Assembly: GCA_002633005.1 (NCBI GenBank)
Contig: NMRA01000059.1
Location: 4,853-68,852 of the forward strand
Origin: Phoronis australis
Lineage: Eukaryota > Animalia > Phoronida
Reading direction: 5' to 3'
Length of the DNA: 64,000 bases
A program made the position numbers and the translations under genes. The notes beneath the pieces were generated by a model. The model was not told the DNA's origin, did not search any database, and was given only the letters and a program-made list of their open reading frames with translations. Shown in pieces: positions 50,396-62,742 of the stretch. Positions within the stretch are counted from its first letter, which is position 1; every line of letters begins with the position of its first letter.

Positions 50396-52739
50396 GTCAA
50401 GAAGTCTTGAATATTATTCTTGTTATTATAGTTCTTTTTAATTGTTAATTGTAATTAGTGTTTTCCTGAAAGTGATATGTTATATGAAGATTATTTGGGA
50501 CATCAGAAACAGCTGCAGACCTTCCATACTGGAAATCTGCCATCATGTAATGACGTACTCTGTCATACAGACTTTTTAAAAGTGCTATTTTTGGAAGGCT
50601 CAATCACGTGAGAGGGCAACACTTTTTATGTTACATTAGCATGGTCTCACGTATATTTGTAAAACACTCAGTGCTGTTTTTGCTCAATCATGTAAGAGGG
50701 CAGCACTTTACTATGTTACATTAGCAAGGTCTTGCGTATATTTCTAAAACACTCACTTTCATTTGCGTGCTCTTGCATCATCTTACTTTTCTAGCAACAA
50801 ACTTGGTCTTCTGTAAATTGATGCATTTCTGGTTTGTGCATCCATGTTATCATTGCCCAGTTGCAGTGTTTCTTTATTTAAATTTGACTGCTTTTTGCGA
50901 CTTGACCAATGTTTAGTAATGGAAGCAAAGTTCACAGTTCTTGTGTCATTTGGCGAGAGTTTGAATGGATAAAATATGATTAAATTTTTGTTTGTAAAGT
51001 AACTAAAAGAGCCATTTGTTTTTGTTTTGTACTAAGGCCAGTGTCCACACTTTCCTGTGATGACCTTGACCTTGACTATTGTAGTAGCACACGAGATGAA
51101 GACTTGAGATAGTCCTACATATTACAGTTCAGTTCATCATTCAGCCTCACTGTTCTGCAGAGTATCAATAGCAAGTTAATCAATAACAAGTTAATCAATA
51201 ACAAGTTATTAACCTTCACTTTTACACATGATACATTCTTATGAAAAAAGATGTCATTGATTGTTTTTTATATTTATGTTAAATAGTATTTTCCATCACT
51301 TTAACTTCAAATCAATGTTTCACTACTTGACATATTTGCTGTATACCCTTCTCTTGTTCCCAAATCATAGACAACAGTGTCAAGTTTTGTTGGCAATTGT
51401 CTGATATAATGTGAACAGACTTTGAGAACCAATTGATGTCTGTTATTCAGTGGAGAAAACTGGTTCTTCAATTGCATGCACGTTATATCAAACTATTACC
51501 TTCATGTTCATTCAAAGCTCCTTTTTCATGCAGTCTACTGATGTCCTGTACTTATCTGGCTTCCAAAACACCTGTCAGAGGCACTTTGATTACGAAATTA
51601 AAAATTTACATAGCGAGAGTTCAGCCACGCACGTGTGCTTAAAAACAATGGCATTTATGGTAACGCTCCATTTGCTATAAATTGCAAGTACTTTCACCAT
51701 TTTTGCACCCAAGTTTGGTAGTATTAGAATGTGCGCAAGCCTCTTTCAGTAAAAAGTAATTTCTGGCCTGAACATGGCAAGGTGTCACAGAAACTCAATT
51801 ATTGGTTTCATAAAGATGGGTTGCAGACGTTCTGTGATCTAACACAGATGTTAACAAAAGCACTTCCACTCATAACAAAGTCTCGGTCATATTAAATTGG
51901 TAAAAGGGGCATTTTAAGTGAGTCTCTGGAAATTCTGGTGGTGGGCACGGAGCCAAACGTAGGTGTTAAATTGTAAGACCTAAGTATTTCCTTAACTTAT
52001 GAATTTAGATTTAGATTTAGATTTCAGTTTCACAAGTATTACTCAGTTTTGTGTCAACAATTAACAGCAGTGTTCAAGAGTTTGAAGCAAATTGATGTCA
52101 CAGACTTCGCAGTTTTAATGTTGCCAAAAATCTATTTTTAGTCAGTATTTACTAACAAACTTCTGGGACCCATTTTACAGTAATGTATAAGTGAAGAGAG
52201 GTGTACTACAATGACGGGTTTTCATGAATTAAAGACCTGTAGCGGTGAAAGAGGCTGTTAGGCTATGACTTGTAATAGACACACCAACTGTTAGGCTATG
52301 ACTAGCAACTTAGCTGGATTTATATTGAATATTTTGACTTTCTAAACTACAGCTTTATCTCCGATTAATGGAAGTCATTTTATTCTCTTTAAATGTTGTT
52401 TATTACACTTGCATGCTAAGTATTTTGTACAATAAATGAGTTATACAATGTTTGAGTTTCAAAGCAGAAACATTTGATTTAGGAGTAATACAAAAGATAG
52501 TCACAAGCTTGCCTCAACTGCAACACATTATCATCACATTGTCTAATCTATATCCACAGTCCACCATTTCACACGTGTATGTTCAGTAAATAATGATTAA
52601 ACACTCTGCCTCTCCTTTCAAGACAATTTCCTACTAACAGTACTTATTGCTTTGCTCAAATATTGCTATATTTCAGTAAACCTGAACATTCTTTATTTCA
52701 AGGAATACAAAGACAACCCAAAATACAGACAGCATAGTT

Positions 52740-52930
52740 ACACATTGTGTTCTTATGGTCATGCAAAACTTTATACAAAGACAACCCACCATACACACTG
52801 TGTGCTTATGGTCCTGTAAGACTATACAAAGACAACCCACAATACACACTGAGTACTTATGGTCCTGTAAGACTATACAAAGACAACCCACAATACACAC
52901 TGAGTACTTATGGTCGTGTAAGACTTCATA
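52740..52930. repeat. ~51-bp tandem repeat
   Basis: cttatggtcctgtaagactatacaaagacaacccacaatacacactgagta. Confidence 0.9.
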
Positions 52931-53737
52931 CACAAGTCTGCATTTAGCCAAATATCTACACAACTACACAATTCAACTCAGTGAAAGTTGTGTATTTTCT
53001 AAAAGTAAAGCATTTATAGAATTTGACCTTTGACTTGAAACGAAGCTACAACTACTTAAGTCGCATGACCCGGTGTTTTTAGTAGCAAACAAGAAAGGTA
53101 CACAAACAGCATCAGTTACATGACAAAATTTCGGCTTGATAAAAATGCCCAGGAAAAAAATCTAAGAAATGCTGCTATTGTTTTCTAAATATGACTTTCT
53201 TATACACAACTTGTTGATGGCTCTTCAAGCATAAGTGGAACATTTTAAAAATGATTCGTGACAGTTTTGGAGAACAGTTGACAAAGCATAGTATCTGACA
53301 GTTTCATGTGTATCCAAGTACAAATGATGTCATCAAGGTGGACATATTGGGCTGTGTTTCAAGGACTTATGAATTCTAGTGCCTCCATCTATTGTTCTTA
53401 CAGGAAACCTGACATCTCAAACCTAACAGTCATATTGGTTTTAGCACTGCATAAACATGTACTTTAAGTAGGGTAATTTATTGTGAAGTATTGTAAGCTC
53501 TTACAAAGCACAGTACTAACTTCTAATGTTGGAAGAACAAATTGAGTCACACAATATACTTGTCCAGGTGTTTTAGGCCATCAGAAAATTGACTGAATAA
53601 TTGTAAGAGAACATAGTCCACTTCATTCACACCAGTTCAACAATCATAGCATAAGCAAGCAATTGTTAATAAATAAGGGGATTTTTACTGAATAATTTAT
53701 TTGTTCCAATGCCGCAACCTAAGACTGTCACTGCCAT

Positions 53738-53842
53738 CTAGTGTTGCACTTTGAAAACCGCATGGTATGCATTTCTCAAAAGAACGTATGGGAAGCAGGA
53801 TTCCAAGAGATCCATGGTTAGGAAGTTTGACTCCTGGACCAG
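53738..53842 (-). CDS. NCKAP1: Nck-associated protein 1 (Nap1/Hem/Kette, WAVE complex), last exon
   Basis: [37 protein letters not shown]; recalled NCKAP1 C-terminus. Confidence 0.96.
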   Translation of the reverse strand: MVQESNFLTMDLLESCFPYVLLRNAYHAVFKVQH

Positions 53843-53890
53843 CTGAAAAGAAAACAACATTAAACAACATTAAAACAGGACTCTAACCAG

Positions 53891-54291
53891 GGCCCGGTCT
53901 CCAATCTTTTTACTCGAAATGGAACTCGAAATTAGGTTTGGCATTTTCTACTCTACTTTTGGGCGAACTCAAGATAAGTGTCTATTATTCTATGCTCGAG
54001 TACACAATAACTTACGTAGATAATTTATTGCCCTTAGTTCACAGTTTGTAAACCCAATATTAAAGCAATAAGTTCGAGTTTGAACTCGAAATTTCGAGTT
54101 TTTACTCGAGTTTGTAGCACGAATATAAGGGTCTTCAAGGGCAAACTTGAACTAGAAACTCCTATGCATAAACTATAATGTATTCGAGCACAGTCTGATA
54201 ACCAATTATCTTAAGTTCGCACAAATGGAGCAGAGAAATTGCCAAAAATAGTTTCGAGTTTGTTTCGAGTACAAAGATTAGAGACCGGGCC
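53891..54291. mobile_element. MITE with ~29-bp TIRs (PIF/Harbinger-like ends)
   Basis: ggcccggtctccaatctttttactcgaaa ... tttcgagtacaaagattagagaccgggcc. Confidence 0.8.
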
Positions 54292-55599
54292 ACTAGACCT
54301 GACTGATGTCATAACTCCCGCTGCAGGGGGAGGGGCGTTCTGCACTTCATGATTGATGTCATATCCCCGAGCAGAGGGAGGGGCGTTCTGCACCGCTGGA
54401 ATGATCTCATAACCCCCCGGGCAGGAAAAAGTGTGCTCTGCACCTCTGGATTAAGGGTGTATGACTACACATCTGAGCAACTTGAAACAAATAATGGTTA
54501 CCGTAGCAACACATTTTAAGGAAGACCATGAAGAACAACGCAGTTCAAGTAACTGCGAAACAATAACGCCACAAACTCACCAAATGCTCCCCTTTTTACC
54601 TTCATGCTAGCCAAGAATTATTTACAAGGGAAGTAAAGCACAGCACGTAGTTGTACTAACTTTAAAACTCAGCGAACATTTCTTCATCTGGAAGCCCTAT
54701 CCTCCCAAATCCATACAATGACGAAAAGCAAAGCTTAATAAGTAGTTCTTTTGAACAGGAAACGCTGATGTTTTAGCTCTCAGTTTAACCACACCTTAAT
54801 ATTTGTTAGCTGTTGGTCTTCCATCCTTAACTGACCATGTATACAGTGTTACTCAAGTGGTGCACTAGTTTCCAAACTCTGTTTCATTGAGCACATAATG
54901 ACTGAATTGTGATTTAATATGATCTGAAGTATGTATAACAGAATACATACATTTAAGTGACATCAACTATGTCACAAGATATATATATATATATTAATAC
55001 ATGTTCTCAGTCTTTATCCCTTGTATTCTATAGACCGAGTGGATTTTGGAGAATTATCGCCCGAGGGGCACATACTGAACGAAAAACATTGCTATGAATC
55101 GATCTACCTTTCTTGACTCGCCTTGGCTTTGTACCTACTTTCTATGTCAGAGGCCCAGGGTCGGAGGTTGTGACCTTTTAGAAAAGCCGAGCTATTTTTT
55201 GTCAAATAATGCTTTTACTCAAAACCCATAGAAAATTTAAACAAAAAGGAAAGAACGTGAATCTATAAATTAAGGTTTAGCAACTATTATAGCTTACTAC
55301 ACATTTTATCATGTTAAGCTTCGACCGAGAAAATATCGTCTGCTAAAGCAGGTTACCACTGGTAACTGAGTATAATGTTCAAAACGAAGGATCCCAACGA
55401 CACGATACCCGCATTCAAATTGGAGGTAGGTGATTTACAAGTGAGAGAAAATGAGAGATAAATTTCACTGAATTAAAATATCGTTTTTATGCAAATTATG
55501 TGTCTTATTTTTCATAAATGTCAGTACAGTGCCCTTTGTTGAACACGCGATAGTTGTGCATACCCATTAAGTATTCTATTTTCACGTTCGATGATGTCA

Positions 55600-55670
55600 G
55601 CCGCTGAGTGGCACAGTGGGAAAGTCAACGACTCGAAACTTTTGCGGACCGAGTTCGAAACTGGCCTCGA
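55600..55670 (+). mobile_element. tRNA-derived SINE-like head
   Basis: A box tggcacagtgg and B box gagttcgaaac at tRNA spacing; poor cloverleaf. Confidence 0.45.
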
Positions 55671-55843
55671 TTCCCGCCAAAATGATATCGTACTAGTGAA
55701 ATAACTAAATGGGTTATTACAAGGTTGTATTGGCCATTCAATGCTGATATTGTGGTATAAATATTATTGCAAATGATAATTTCTGCGTGTATATCCCCCA
55801 AACCCATATATGGTAAGTAGGCAGAGTTATAACTGTCAGTTAC

Positions 55844-55933
55844 CTGATCCAACAGTAGATAGACCGACTCCCTGTTGCGTATTTGTTCTTTATCAGTCTC
55901 TTGCCCAAGTCGCAGCAAGCTGTTGGAGGCCAG
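55844..55933 (-). CDS. NCKAP1: NCKAP1 exon
   Basis: [34 protein letters not shown] bounded. Confidence 0.96.
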
Positions 55934-56374
55934 CTGGAATGGAATAAAAATGCGATCATATTGTACTTCATGTGACAATATGAAGTGTTCCTAGCGAGTG
56001 GCATCAAATGTTAAAGCTAACTAGCAATATTAAATTAATGTCAAAACATCCACATATCATCACTGTTACAATACTCATCTCCTGCTCATTTTCATTCGCA
56101 CAACAACATCCAAAAAGGTCTTAAAAATTTGCATAACACGTAAACAGTTCAGTACAAAATTTTTACTTAGTGGAAAACTGACAGAGAGCGCCACACTGCA
56201 ATTACCAACATTGCCAGATGGCTTGTAAATCATTTGGAAATTCAAACAAATTGCGTCACAATTTGCTGCTTTTTAACTATGAAACGATTATGGAACATAT
56301 AAAACTAGACCTCAAGTGACAAACAATACCAGTGAAACTTTCCAGCACATACTGCAGAGCATAACTTGAACACT

Positions 56375-56830
56375 CCACCTCCCGTCAGTTGTGTGCGAGC
56401 AGTAGGTACAAGCTCATCCTGACCCCTCCAAACACCGTCACTTGTTTGCGAGCAGTACACACAAGCTCATCCCGACCCAACCACCCACCGTCAGTTGTTT
56501 GAGAGCAGTAGGTACCAGCTATCCCAACCCCTCCACCCACTGTCAGTAGTCTCAGAGCAGTAGGTACAAGCTCATCCCGACTCCTCCACCTATCACCAGT
56601 TGTTTTAGAGCAGTAGAAACAAACGCATCCCAACTCCCACCCCTCTACCCACTGTCAGTTGTTCGAGAGCAGTAGGTACAACTTCATACTGACCCCTCCA
56701 CCCACCGTCATTTGTGTGACAGCAGTAGGTACAAGTTCACCCTGACCCATCCACCCACCGTCAGCTGTTAGAGCAGTAGGTACAAGTTCATCCCGACCCC
56801 TCCACCCAGCATCAGTTGTCTGAGAACACT
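56375..56830. repeat. Degenerate ~58-bp tandem repeat
   Basis: gagcagtaggtacaagctcatcccgacccctccacccaccgtcagttgt units. Confidence 0.88.
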
Positions 56831-56933
56831 CACTGCTCACTCACCCAGTTGTGCACAAGGAGCTTCACTCCAAAGTTACCGTGCAACTGCTGGGACTGAG
56901 CAAGGACAGAATGAACAGTTAGCATCAACTTAC

Positions 56934-57052
56934 AGCCAGGAATTCCTTCAGTCTTTCCTCAATATCTACGGTGCCGTTACCATGGAGAGTAAATAAGGCC
57001 GCCGCCAGAGTATTGATGGCCTTGGCAAGACAGTGCGTGTTGTTTGCATGGC
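56934..57052 (-). CDS. NCKAP1: NCKAP1 exon
   Basis: [40 protein letters not shown]. Confidence 0.96.
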
Positions 57053-57450
57053 CTAAAGATGAAAAACTTTTACTCAGAATTCACTTGAACTGATTTAAGC
57101 ATAACATTCCCCAGTATTATACAACAAAACAACAGTGTTACTTCTCAAACAATTCTAGATTGGTCCAGCCAAAGTGTTTTTGAGATTTGCATCATAGCAT
57201 CATTGTGCTGGATCACTACAACATGAATAGTTGTTACCAGATCGATGTGTTCTTGCACTATCAAGGGAAATACTTTAGAAGCACATTACATGGGAGTCAA
57301 ATCAGTGAGACAGATACCAGGAAGCATTGTATGCCAGTGCTTGCTTAATAAGGTAGAAAATCATTTAACATTTTACAAGTTATTTTTAAACTTGTAACTC
57401 ACTTAATGAACCACAGACTTGTGACAAGAAGTAGAACATACGCATCATAC

Positions 57451-57558
57451 CTCCTAAAGATGCCTTGTACACTGTGGCGTTGTTGGAGGCCAGTTTGGGA
57501 ATGCTGACAGCGATGAAAACCATAAGAAGACAAGCAATGTTGTAGTCATCTTCCATCT
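57451..57558 (-). CDS. NCKAP1: NCKAP1 exon
   Basis: EMEDDYNIACLLMVFIAVSIPKLASNNATVYKASLG. Confidence 0.95.
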
Positions 57559-57944
57559 CTGTAGGATTAATACAATTAGTTAATCTGTTAATAACGAATA
57601 TGAAGTGTAAAGGCAATGTCCTTGTGAACGGCCTTAGAGAGATTACCTTAACACAGAACAAAAACAGCTGTTAATGACCAATGCTGACCAACGGTCATTT
57701 ACTCTGTATACATTTACTTTTCAAATAAAGAAGAAAAACGACATCTTTTTAATAAGTATATTTCAGTCATAACGACATCTTTTTAATAAGTATATTTCAG
57801 TCAGCTGAGAAGAAAATCTTTATCTACCCTACAAGAATAACATGAGCTTCCCTTGGTTGTGTAAAACAATCAGAAATGCGTAGCAATGATGTGTTTATCA
57901 TTAAACGCCAAAGGAATAAGCAGAGCAGCACATTGATACATCTT

Positions 57945-58290
57945 CACCTATCGACACACTCTCTACACTGACATATCCTCACCTATAGGCCTACTCTCTA
58001 CATCGACATATCCTCACCTATAGGCCTACTGTCTACACCGACATATCCTCACCTATAGGCCTACTGTCTACACCGACATATCCTCACCTATAGGCCTACT
58101 GTCTACACCGACATATCCTCACCTATAGGCCTACTGTCTACACCGACATATCCTCACCTATAGGCCTACTGTCTACACCGACATATCCTCACCTATAGGC
58201 CTACTGTCTACACCGACATATCCTCACCTATAGGCCTACTGTCTACACCGACATATCCTCACCTATAGGCCTACTCTCTAAACTGACACA
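57945..58290. repeat. 35-bp tandem repeat, about 10 copies
   Basis: acatatcctcacctataggcctactgtctacaccg. Confidence 0.96.
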
Positions 58291-58449
58291 CCTTCATCAC
58301 TCACACTCACCAAGCTCAAACACAAATGAAAAACTGTGGTGCAATCACAAAAAGTAGTTACAATTATATTTTGTTGATTAAAAGTGCTCTCATCTTAAAA
58401 CGGCATTTAACGTTACAAGCTGACAAGAATGGAAGAAACTGGTCCATAC

Positions 58450-58534
58450 CTGTTTTTTGCTGTCTCAAGGCTGCACACAGAACTGGATCCACATTACAAC
58501 GAAGTCCGGCTGCCGATGCCATGTCATTAACAAT
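58450..58534 (-). CDS. NCKAP1: NCKAP1 exon
   Basis: IVNDMASAAGLRCNVDPVLCAALRQQKT. Confidence 0.94.
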
Positions 58535-58757
58535 CTACGTAGGGGAAAAGAGAATTGATGAGAAGCATACTCATTACGCTCAAAACAGTCACAAGTGAAA
58601 AGTACATGGTGGGACATAAGGCAAGCCAACAAAAAAAAAATGTTAACATAAAGGTGAAGAGCTAAAGATTGTTATAAAGCAAAGTGCAGTTAACAGACAT
58701 CTTGACAAAATGGTCATTCTGACGGCTAAAGGCATCAACAGAATTAATCAAGAGCTA

Positions 58758-58935
58758 TCTAGTATGGGGACATTATCAGGTGATATCAGTAATGACATTT
58801 AGTCTAGTATGGGGACAATATCAGGTGATATCAGCAATGACATTTAGTCTAGTATGGGGGCATTATCAGGTGATATCAGTAATGACATTTAGACTAGTAT
58901 GGGGGCATTATCAGGTGATATCAGTAATGACATTA
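58758..58935. repeat. 45-bp tandem repeat, 4 copies
   Basis: tctagtatggggacattatcaggtgatatcagtaatgacatttag. Confidence 0.93.
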
Positions 58936-59014
58936 GAAATATGTCACAACAAGTACGATAAGTATGCCATTCAATGAGGTGAGGCAAAATTAGTTGAAGC
59001 ACACAGCAGGTAAG

Positions 59015-59310
59015 TCATTACAAGTCACACAACACACCTGTAAAGATGTATGTAACAAGTCATAAAACTCACGTGTACAGGTGTATGTAACAAGTCACAC
59101 AACACACGTGCACAGGTGTTTGTAACAAGTCACACAACACACGTGCACAGGTGTTTGTAACAAGTCACACAACACACGTGTAGAGGTGTACGTAACAAGT
59201 CATGAAATACATGTGTACAGGTGTATGTAACAAGTTATACAGCACGCGTATACATGTGTTCATGTAACAAGTCACACAACACACATGTAAAGGTGTTTGT
59301 AACAAGTCAT
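59015..59310. repeat. Degenerate ~35-bp tandem repeat
   Basis: gtaacaagtcacacaacacacgtgcacaggtgttt units. Confidence 0.88.
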
Positions 59311-59426
59311 ACATATTCATCAACAAGACAAAGCAATTCCTTGATGACAATCAGATTGTCATTTCTTCTTCTTCTTCTTCTCATATATAACAAATGCTCG
59401 TGATATTGATCCTTATATTTATTTAA

Positions 59427-60736
59427 GGAGGTTCGACACACTTAACCAAAAAATCGGTAAAAACCAGTTGCTTAATTGCATCGACTAACTTCTAAAACAT
59501 TTGAATATTATTTCTTATTTTACATAATAGATTAAATATAAAAGCTATATTTCGCCCTCTTTCAGTGGCTGAAAAATGAATATTACATATGGCCTTCTAT
59601 TCTAATAAAACCAATCTCATAATATTCCTTAACACGGTAGGGTTATATTTCTGTAACCAACAAACGTCAACACCAATGCCTACATGCACCATTTTTGAAT
59701 TCACACTTTTAGGGTGGTCGAACCCCAATAAACTTTGAAGCATTTTCTCGAGTTGCTGATTACCTGTGGATCCTTATCACAGTGAGGAATTTTACGAGTC
59801 TGATTTTGCGGAAGTATAAGGCATAATTTGACTTTCATTTCAACTAGTTAAACACGGCAAAATTCAACATTAAAAAGATGTTCATTTTGCATTAAGTTTT
59901 TGTTATTACTGTCTTAAATAGTAGCATGTGACATCAAATTTCAATGACACAATTTGTGGTAAAACGGCAAATTTTAGTTCATCAAAGAAGAAACTTATTG
60001 CACAATCCTTAACATCTACTGACATCACCTTTGCACTTATTGCACAAGCCTTAACATCTACTGATATCACCTTAGCAATTATTGCACAATCCCAGCAACA
60101 TAGCACAATCACCATTTTGTGAAATATGGCATGGCAATAATCACTTTGAAGTTGGCGTACTTTTGAGGTCAAATTGCGCCTTCTTATGTAATGCTGGTTG
60201 AGCTAAATTAACCAAAAAATTGGTAAGCAGATGACCCGCTAATTTTTTTCTTATTTCATAAAAATATGAGGGGCAATCAAAAAGTAAAAACAAGAAAAAA
60301 TCAAAGCTGAAACTATTTGAGTAGAAGCCAAAACCCTGAAATTTAAGGCACCACAAATCCAGAAAAAATGTTTACTTTCGCCTGAGTAAGAAAGACAGTG
60401 AGGCGGGAAATATAATTTTAGACTTTGAAACATTCAACTTGCATTGTGCAACAAAAATCATTTTTTAAACGATTTCAATAATTACATTAATTAGAATCAG
60501 CTTTTCAGCAACCAATGTAAGCTTAACATTTTCGCCAGAGGGGGTCGCACTGTTTATGGAGCTGTAATGGATACAATAATTTGATGACCCTCACATAGTT
60601 ATTTGGTGACCCTAAAGTATTCATTTGGTAACTCTCATATAGTTTTGCACATTTGTAGTACCTAAGCAAAGACCAAACAGTAAAATATCAAATTTTTAAC
60701 AAAAATCAATTACAACCTAAAACTGTGTCGAACCCC
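59427..60736. mobile_element. Non-autonomous TTAA-flanked DNA transposon (Kolobok-type ends)
   Basis: TTAA-ggaggttcgacaca ... tgtgtcgaacccc-TTAA. Confidence 0.75.
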
Positions 60737-61244
60737 TTAATCCCCTGTGTCATGGAAAAGGTCAAAGTTCATCAATTCATCCAATGAGGTGTGCACAGCA
60801 ATATAATTATGTAGAACTTGCAAAATTATGTCATCAATATCATTCAAATTAATTCTCATCTATTGATGATGATGACCAAAATGTCAGCGAAGATTTATTG
60901 AGCATTTCTGACTCCTGAAAGCATGACCTAAAAACAAAGTAACAAAACACAACACAACCTGTGTCCGTATGGAGGTGAGCTAGTGTAGAATAACAATACA
61001 AGGAAATGAAGGCAAGAAAGAACAAGATGCAGACATTAGCCACATACTAGGACTACCACAGTGTGTCATGTCATGATGTGTTGCCAAGTAGAAATTGTAT
61101 CACAGAAATAAATGTTCTATCAATAAAATTTTCGTCTTGGAATCCTAACAGCCCTCAACTGGATTCACACTATTCTACTGGACTGTACAGTCTCAAATTC
61201 AACGAAGCAGTAAAGACAAACAAATAAATAAATACGTATACTCA

Positions 61245-61558
61245 GACTATGTGTATACTGTAACTATGTGTATACGGTGACCATATATATACTGTAACTA
61301 TATGTATACTGTGACAATATGTATACTGTGACTATGTGTACACTGTGACTATGTGTACACTGTGACTATGTGTACACTGTGACAATGTGTACACTGTGAC
61401 TATGTGTACACTGTGACTATGTGTACACTGTGACTATGTGTACACTGTGACTATGTGTACACTGTGACTATGTGTACACTGTGACTATGTGTACACTGTG
61501 ACTATGTGTACACTGTGACTATGTGTACACTGTGACTATCTGTATACTGTGACTATAT
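61245..61558. repeat. 17-bp tandem repeat, about 18 copies
   Basis: (actgtgactatgtgtac)n abutting an NCKAP1 donor. Confidence 0.96.
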
Positions 61559-61565
61559 AACTCAC

Positions 61566-61646
61566 CATTGAATCTTGACCATTGGGTACATAGTGTTGGA
61601 AGTCTTTGATAGAACTCAGCAGAAATGGAATACGTGATTCCAACGT
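61566..61646 (-). CDS. NCKAP1: NCKAP1 exon
   Basis: TLESRIPFLLSSIKDFQHYVPNGQDSM|GTGAGT. Confidence 0.94.
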
Positions 61647-62269
61647 CTGAAAAGATTTGTGATGTAACAGTTTAACGAGATGATAGTGCTAATTATTTAA
61701 TATAAGAAACCCTAATGATCAGCTGAACCCTTCATGACTTCATGTCATAGACCACTAAACACATCAAAGTGGCTCACAGTCTCCACACAATATTCCTCAG
61801 TTGCACTGTTGACATACAATCTGAACTTTACATTTATTTAAATTAATATCAGGTTCTAAACTTGATATAGCAAAGTAAGTGATAGCACTTAAAGAGGCTA
61901 TCAGTCACTTGTTCCTTTTTCAATTTCAACTCATTTAATATTAAGATTAATATCAGGTTCTAAGCCTGGTATAGCAAAGTAAGTGATAGCAAAGTAAGTG
62001 ATAGCAAAGTAAGTGATAGCACTTAAAAAAGCTATCAGTCACTTGTTGCTTTTTCAATTTCAACTCATTTTACCGTTGATCATTAATATGCAAGTCATGG
62101 AACATAACTAATTACACAACATGTGTTATTAGTGAAGTACTTACTTTTACAACACATCTATAAATAAGGTGGCAAACAAACCAAGCATAAAAGGAACTGG
62201 TGATGGGTACGGGGACGGGTGACGATTACCCTTGTTGCCTTCACACGTCCTACAAGTGTTACTGTTCAT

Positions 62270-62590
62270 AACCCAGCCCCTGTTGGGAATCAGTACTGTA
62301 TACACTGAATAACCCTGGCCCTGCTCAGAATGAGTGCTATATACAATCAATAACCCAGGTCTTGTTGGAAATGAGTGTTGTATACACTAAATAACCAAGG
62401 CCCTGTTGGAAATGAGAGTTGCATCACTAAATAGCCCAGGTCCTCTTGGAAATGAGAGTTGTTCCACTAAATAACCAAGGCCCTGTTGGAAATGAGTATT
62501 GTATACACTAAATAACCAAGGCCCTGTTGGGATTGAATACTGTATAAACAGAATAAACCGGGCTCTGTTGGGAATCAGTGCTATATACCC
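62270..62590. repeat. Degenerate ~42-bp tandem repeat
   Basis: aaataaccaaggccctgttggaaatgagtgttgtatacact-like units. Confidence 0.8.
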
Positions 62591-62659
62591 CAAACTGGTT
62601 TTAATTGCATAAACAAATCTTTACTACTACCACTTGCACTACTACTTGAGATGACTTAC

Positions 62660-62742
62660 ATCATGCAAGGCCTCCTGGGCCAGTCCTCTAAAAGACAGCA
62701 AAACCCCAATTATGGTCATTCGTTGCAACAAATTGTCCACAT
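62660..62742 (-). CDS. NCKAP1: NCKAP1 exon (upstream exons lie beyond the window)
   Basis: [27 protein letters not shown]|GTAAGT. Confidence 0.95.
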
